A stretch of 38,444 nucleotides of DNA from NCBI GenBank assembly GCA_002269645.1, contig NIVC01003897.1, positions 1 through 38,444 on the forward strand, read 5' to 3'. Shown here piece after piece: positions 33,128 to 38,444 of the stretch. A program made the position numbers and the translations under genes. The notes beneath the pieces are model-generated. The model saw only the letters and a program-made list of their open reading frames with translations. It did not search any database and was not told where the DNA came from. Each line of letters begins with the position of its first letter. Position 1 is the first letter of the stretch. This DNA comes from Macrostomum lignano. Its lineage: Eukaryota.

Positions 33128-34378
33128 TACAAATAAGAAGTCTTTGAAGTCTAAGAATATTCATCTTTGTAGTTTCTATAAAATAGATATTTTAGCATTA
33201 TCAATTTAACCGGTCAAATAATAAAAAGCCTATTTGTCTGGTATTAACCAGATGAATAGGAAAGCATGGCCATTATCCAGTAACGAGACAAATTAACACA
33301 TCACTATTTGTCTGGTCACCAGACAAATAACAACTGCCTAAAAATAAAGAAACATGTTATTGATAAATACAATAATATATTCTAATGGTTCTTGTCATAG
33401 TAGCTTACTTTAGGTAATTGTTAACTATTACATTGTAATTTAACTGAAATTTCTTCCACATGACTATAAAAATAGCCATTTTGCTTCTTATCTATGGGAC
33501 TATAAAAACAACAGTTTTGCTATTGTATTGATATGATTAGGCCTACATTTAGTAAAGACCAAAGGCCCAGGCAATATCTTATGTATTAACCATAAAAATA
33601 ACCATTTTGTTGTTTATATTGTTACTATAACAATAACAATTGCCTAAGATTTTGTTGTCAATTGTCATTATGCTAAATATTATCTTTATTTACAAATATT
33701 AGAAATATAGATTCCTAGAATTAATTTATTATTTTTGTTTATTCTTAATTTTTCTTATTTTTTATTTTATAGTTATTGCCAATAAAAGCATTTAAAGCTA
33801 AGCCTTAAAATGGCCTTTTTTAAACTTTATTGAAGTCCAACTTTGTATTTGTAATTTTTCATCAAAATAACTTATATTTATTAGGTCAAAAATAGAAAGT
33901 GTTTGTATATTTATGCATTATATTTATATATACTACTAGTATCAATCAGTATAGATTATTCAATGGATTATATTTTAAAATAAAATACTATATCTTATAA
34001 TAAGCCTTTTTAGGTATTGATATAGTTTTTATTAAATGTCAAAGTATTATTAGAATTTTTAAGAAAATATTATGGCATAAGATATATTTTCTAAACTAAT
34101 CTTCTATTCTTTCATGATAAAATATATAATCTATAGATCATATAAATTCCAAAATGTCAATTAATTAACAATAACAATTGTGGATATATAGATTTTAACC
34201 TCAAATACAAAGTCTAAGGTGCTAATTAAGTGCTTAAAACTATATAGACTTTTATAGTGACATTATGCCTTTAAATAAAAGACATTGTCATAGACTATAG
34301 TCCCATACACCATGTATACACTATTTATATCGATCTTTAATAAGTCATGAATGCACAAAATTTATGCTTTTATCAAGC

Positions 34379-34455
34379 ATGAAACTGGGTCTGTATTCTA
34401 GACTGCATCCTGAGGCCGAGTCTAGCATATTTGAAGTGTTTTATGAACTGCATAG
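34379..34455 (+). CDS. DENND1: DENND1-like exon 1
   Basis: ATG; MKLGLYSRLHPEAESSIFEVFYELH; donor AG|GTAAGT (phase 2); not in the ORF track. Confidence 0.78.
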
Positions 34456-36846
34456 GTAAGTATTTTATATCACAGAATAATGTATTGTATATTCTATGAT
34501 TTTACATAATGTTAGAGTTTTTTATAATCAAATACAAGGACTTAATTACAAATAATAAATATTATAATACTCAAACCCAAAATTTTAGGAGTATTTATAT
34601 TTAAATCTTGTATCTTGTGATGAATCCTAAGAATCCTTAAATCCCAAAATCCAAATCATTGGAATACATGGATTCAAATCCCAAATCATAAAATTCCATG
34701 GGCTCAAATCCCAAAGCATCAAAATCCATGAACTCAAATCTGAAATCACCAAATTACATGGACTCAAATCCGAAATCACCAAAATCCCTGGTCTCAAATC
34801 CCAAATCACCAAAATCCCTGGACTCAAATCCCAAATCACCAAAATCCCTGGTCTCAAATCCCAAATCACCAAAATCCCTGGACTCAAATCCCAAATCACC
34901 GAAATCCCTCTAGACTCAAATCTTCAAATCATTAAAATCCCTAGACTCGAATCCCAAATCACCAAAATCCCTAGCCTCGACTCAAATCCCAAGACTGAAA
35001 TTTCAATCAAATGAAAAGCCAGCATTATAGATAACACTCACACCTGTTTGATTCAGGTATGCAGACCTAGACGAGACCATCCCCGTGTTCAGCTACTGGA
35101 CCGTCGCCAACCGCGATAACTCCAACCTCGTGGCGGAATGGGAGAAAAAGATTGGGGAATACGCCATGCCTCCATCGCTGCGCTGCCGGGATCGCTGCGA
35201 CAGCGCCTGCGCCGCTTTCACCGATTTGGACTCGCGGCTGACCTTCCTGTTCGCCAGCTATTATCGAACTAACGGCGGCCTTCGCTGCCTGTTGTTCGTT
35301 TCTAAGAATCCTTGGTTCGAAGTGTTCGCCGAGCTGCTTAATAGCCTGGCACAGTTACTGCTGGGTGAGTATTAAAGTATATTGGTATGCATTTCTTTGA
35401 TCCAGGATTTCAGGGATTGTGATCTCGAATCATGGGAGTTCAGGGACTCTGATCCCGAGTCATGGGATTTCAGGGACTCTGATCCCGAATCATGGGATTT
35501 CAGGGACTGATCCCGAATCATGGGATTTATGGGGTTCTGATCCCGAATCATGGGATTTATGGGGTTCTGATCCCAAATCATGGGATTTATGGGGTTCTGA
35601 TCCCTAATCATGGGATTTATGGGGTTCTGATCCCAAATCATGGGATTTATGGGGTTCTGATCCCAAATCATGGGATTTATGGGGTTCTGATCCCAAATCA
35701 TGGGGTTCTGATCCCGAATCATGGGATTCATGGGGTTCTGATCCCAAATCATAAGATTTATGGGGTTCTGATCCCGAATCATGGGATTTATGGGGTTCTG
35801 ATCCCAAATCATGGGGTTCTGATCCCGAATCATGGGATTCATGGGGTTCTGATCCCAAATCATGGGATTTATGGGGTTCTGATCCCAAATCATGGGATTT
35901 ATAGGGTTCTGATCCCAAATCATGGGGTTTTTGGGGTTCTGATCCCAAATCATGGGATTTATGGGGTTCTGATCCCAAATCATGGGATTTATGGGGTTCT
36001 GATCCCAAATCATGGGATTTATGGGGTTCTGATCCCAAATCATGGGATTTATGGGGTTCTGATCCCAAATCATGGGATTTATGGGTTCTGATCCCAAATC
36101 ATGGGATTTTTGGGGTTCTGATCCCAAATCATGGGATTTTTGGGGTTCTGATCCCTAATCATGGGATTTATGGGGTTCTGATCCCAAATCATGGGATTTA
36201 TGGGGTTCTGATCCCAAATCATGGGGTTCTGATCCCGAATCATGGGATTCATGGGTTCTGATCCCAAATCATGGGATTCATGGGGTTCTGATCCCAAATC
36301 ATGGGATTTATGGGGTTCTGATCCCGAATCATGGGATTCATGGGGTTCTGATCCCAAATCATGGGATTTATGGGGTTCTGATCCCGAATCTGATACGCAG
36401 GCGACCGCCGCAACGAAACCCTGGCCAACGTGATCCTGTGCCAGCTGGAGAACTGTCCGCGGGTGACGCCCGGTTCAACCCTGTCCGGCGCCGCCTGCCT
36501 CACGCCCGACCAGGTCCGCCTCAGTCGGACAGTCGCTCCGGACGATCAGCTGCCTGCGCTGGCCGCTTGCGCGCCGCTACGCGAGCTGTACAGCCGGCTG
36601 TCCGAGTCCGACTCGCTTCTGTTTGTGCTGTGCGCTCTGCTGTGCGAGAAGAAACTGCTGCTGATTGGCAGGCGGCCGGGCCAGCTCAGCCTGGCCGTGT
36701 TCGGCTGCTTAGCGCTGCTCTATCCGTTCAGCTGGGAGCACGTGCTCGCCCCGCTACTGTCAGACAGCAATGTGGATCATCTCAGCTGTCTGGTGCCGTT
36801 CGTATTCGGCATGTCTGAGGCTCTTTTCGAGGCTAATAAGGCTCAG
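34379..36846 (+). CDS. DENND1: DENN domain-containing protein 1-like (connecdenn / Rab35 GEF family), 5' partial, exons 1-3
   Basis: Join 34379-34455, 35057-35364, 36401-36846; phases 2 and 1 match. N-terminus YSRLHPEAESSIFEVFYE, uDENN FTDLDSRLTF...PWFEVFAELLNSLA and cDENN EKKLLL...LLYPFSWEHVLAPLL...PFVFG resemble DENND1A/B. Gene continues beyond the window; paralogue not assignable. Confidence 0.85.
34630..34995. repeat. DENND1-like intron 1 minisatellite, 30 bp unit AAATCCCAAATCACCAAAATCCCTGGWCTC
   Basis: ~12 copies, degenerate edges. Confidence 0.9.
35057..35364 (+). CDS. DENND1: DENND1-like exon 2 (uDENN)
   Basis: ctgtttgattCAG acceptor; YADLDETIPVFSYW...PWFEVFAELLNSLAQLLL; G|GTGAGT donor (phase 1). 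Confidence 0.85.
35405..36390. repeat. DENND1-like intron 2 minisatellite, 30 bp unit GATCCCRAATCATGGGATTTATGGGGTTCT
   Basis: ~34 copies with 21-bp deletion variants; ends ~10 nt before the acceptor. Confidence 0.95.
36401..36846 (+). CDS. DENND1: DENND1-like exon 3 (cDENN)
   Basis: tgatacgCAG acceptor; GDRRNETLANVILCQL...LLYPFSWEHVLAPLL...EANKAQ; CAG|GTTAGT donor. Confidence 0.85.
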
Positions 36847-36884
36847 GTTAGTTTCAATGGTAGTTTCGGGGACACTAATTCAAG

Positions 36885-37612
36885 GGTAGGTTTTGGATGC
36901 AGATGGAAGGGTAGTTTTGGATGCAGATGGAAGGGTAGTTTTGGATGCAGATGGAAGGGTAGTTTTGGATGCAGATGGAAGGGTAGTTTTGGATGCAGAT
37001 GGAAGGGTAGTTTTGGATGCAGATGGAAGGGTAGTTTTGGATGCAGATGGAAGGGTAGTTTTGGATGCAGATGGAAGGGTAGTTTTGGATGCAGATGGAA
37101 GGGTAGTTTTGGATGCAGATGGAAGGGTAGTTTTGGATGCAGATGGAAGGGTAGTTTTGGATGCAGATGGAAGGGTAGTTTTGGATGCAGATGGAAGGGT
37201 AGTTTTGGATGCAGATGGAAGGGTAGTTTTGGATGCAGCTAAAGAGGTAGTTTTGGATGCAGCTAAAGAGGTAGTTTTGAATGCAGCTAAGGAGGTAGTT
37301 TTGGATGCAGCTAAAGAGGTAGTTTTGGATGCAGCTAAAGAGGTAGTTTTGGATGCAGCTAAGGAGGTAGTTTTGGATGCAGCTAAAGAAGTAGTTTTGG
37401 ATGCAGCTAAGGAGGTAGTTTTGGATGCAGCTAAAGAAGTAGTTTTGAATGCAGCTAAGGAGGTAGTTTTGGATGCAGCTAAAGAGGTAGTTTTGGATGC
37501 AGCTAAAGAGGTAGTTTTGGATGCAGCTAAAGAGGTAGTTTTGAATGCAGCTAAGGAGGTAGTTTTGGATGCAGCTAAAGAGGTAGTTTGGGATGCAGCT
37601 GAAGCAGTTATT
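36885..37612. repeat. DENND1-like intron 3 array A, 24 bp units GTAGTTTTGGATGCAG+ATGGAAGG or +CTAARGAG
   Basis: ~14 identical copies of type 1, then ~16 of type 2. Confidence 0.95.
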
Positions 37613-37717
37613 ATGCAACTAGGATGAAGATGAAAGTTTTAGGGATAGTTTCAGGGTGAGTTTCCGAGATTTTCAAGGAATTGCAGAAGCAGTCTTGAGG
37701 GCAGGTTCAAAGTTAGT

Positions 37718-38444
37718 CTCAGTGCTGGTGTCAGTGTGAAATGCTAATCTCAGTGCTAGTGTCAGTGTGAAATGCTAATCTCAGTGCTGGTGTCAGTGTG
37801 AAATGCTAATCTCAGTGCTGGTGTCAGTGTGAAATGCTAATCTCAGTGCTAGTGTCAGTGTGAAATGCTAATCTCAGTGCTGTGTCAGTGTGAAATGCTA
37901 ATCTCAGTGCTGGTGTCAGTGTGAAATGCTAATCTCAGTGCTAGTGTCAGTGTGAAATGCTAATCTCAGTGCTAGTGTCAGTCAGTGTGAAATGCTAATC
38001 TCAGTGCTGTGTCAGTGTGAAATGCTAATCTCAGTGCTGGTGTCAGTGTGAAATGCTAATCTCAGTGCTGGTGTCAGTGTGAAATGCTAATCTCAGTGCT
38101 AGTGTCAGTCAGTGTGAAATGCTAATCTCAGTGCTGTGTCAGTGTGAAATGCTATGTGCTGGTCAGTCAGTGTGAAATGCTAATCTCAGTGCTGGTGTCA
38201 GTGTGAAATGCTAATCTCAGTGCTAGTGTCAGTGTGAAATGCTAATCTCAGTGCTAGTGTCAGTCGTGAAATGCTAATCTCAGTGCTAGTGTCAGTCAGT
38301 GTGAAATGCTAATCTCAGTGCTGTGTCAGTGTGAAATGCTAATCTCAGTGCTGGTGTCAGTGTGAAATGCTAATCTCAGTGCTAGTGTCAGTCAGTGTGA
38401 AATGCTAATCTCAGTGCTAGTGTCAGTGTGAAATGCTAATCTCA
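37718..38444. repeat. DENND1-like intron 3 array B, 31 bp unit GTGTCAGTGTGAAATGCTAATCTCAGTGCTR
   Basis: ~23 copies, runs off the window end. Confidence 0.95.

Larger units (their letters stand above)
30514..34378. promoter_or_regulatory. AT-rich divergent intergenic/promoter region between SMC2 and DENND1-like
   Basis: The two ATGs face away from each other 3.87 kb apart; no specific promoter motif or TSS could be identified. Confidence 0.5.

Noticed and set aside
36847-37242. DENND1 exon 3 frame continuing into intron 3 as a (GSFGCRWK)n tail
   Set aside because: A good donor (CAG|GTTAGT) lies where the DENN similarity stops; a 24-bp stop-free unit explains the open frame. Only RNA-seq intron-retention data could revive it.
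124-37627. Long repetitive ORFs (e.g. 3221-4660, 3451-4635, 7349-7894, 10813-11209, 14702-15379, 35372-36127, 36875-37627)
   Set aside because: They are translations of stop-free minisatellite units, open in several frames and on both strands, and mostly lie inside well-defined introns.
1-38444. CRISPR arrays
   Set aside because: All arrays are head-to-tail tandem repeats without unique spacers; no cas genes; the sequence is eukaryotic with spliceosomal introns.

Overview
Eukaryotic (metazoan) genomic DNA, not prokaryotic. It holds a complete 12-exon SMC2 (condensin subunit) gene on the minus strand (CDS 30513->6591, 1176 aa by hand assembly, all introns GT-AG and phase-consistent). Head-to-head with it are the first three exons of a DENND1-like Rab GEF gene on the plus strand (from 34379, continuing past the window). 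Nine of the ten internal SMC2 introns and all three visible DENND1 introns are largely filled by their own tandem array (20-42 bp monomers plus one GACA microsatellite). Four more arrays lie 3' of SMC2. The monomers look private, but many share short cores on the pre-mRNA strand (TCCCRRAT, TGCTAATCT, AAGGGTAG), and some resemble splice signals; this is the most unusual signal I found. SMC2 intron 1 (10.8 kb) has no such array. It holds two Russian-doll transposon stacks instead: (A) hairpin element > hAT-type MITE > Mag-like Ty3/Gypsy LTR retrotransposon, and (B) hAT transposase relic > long-TIR element with a 13-bp TSD > hAT MITE > small MITE. An internally deleted long-TIR mariner sits between the two divergent genes. 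GC-rich exons with minisatellite-packed introns are reminiscent of Macrostomum flatworms (inference only, untested). Array boundaries and copy numbers are approximate hand estimates.
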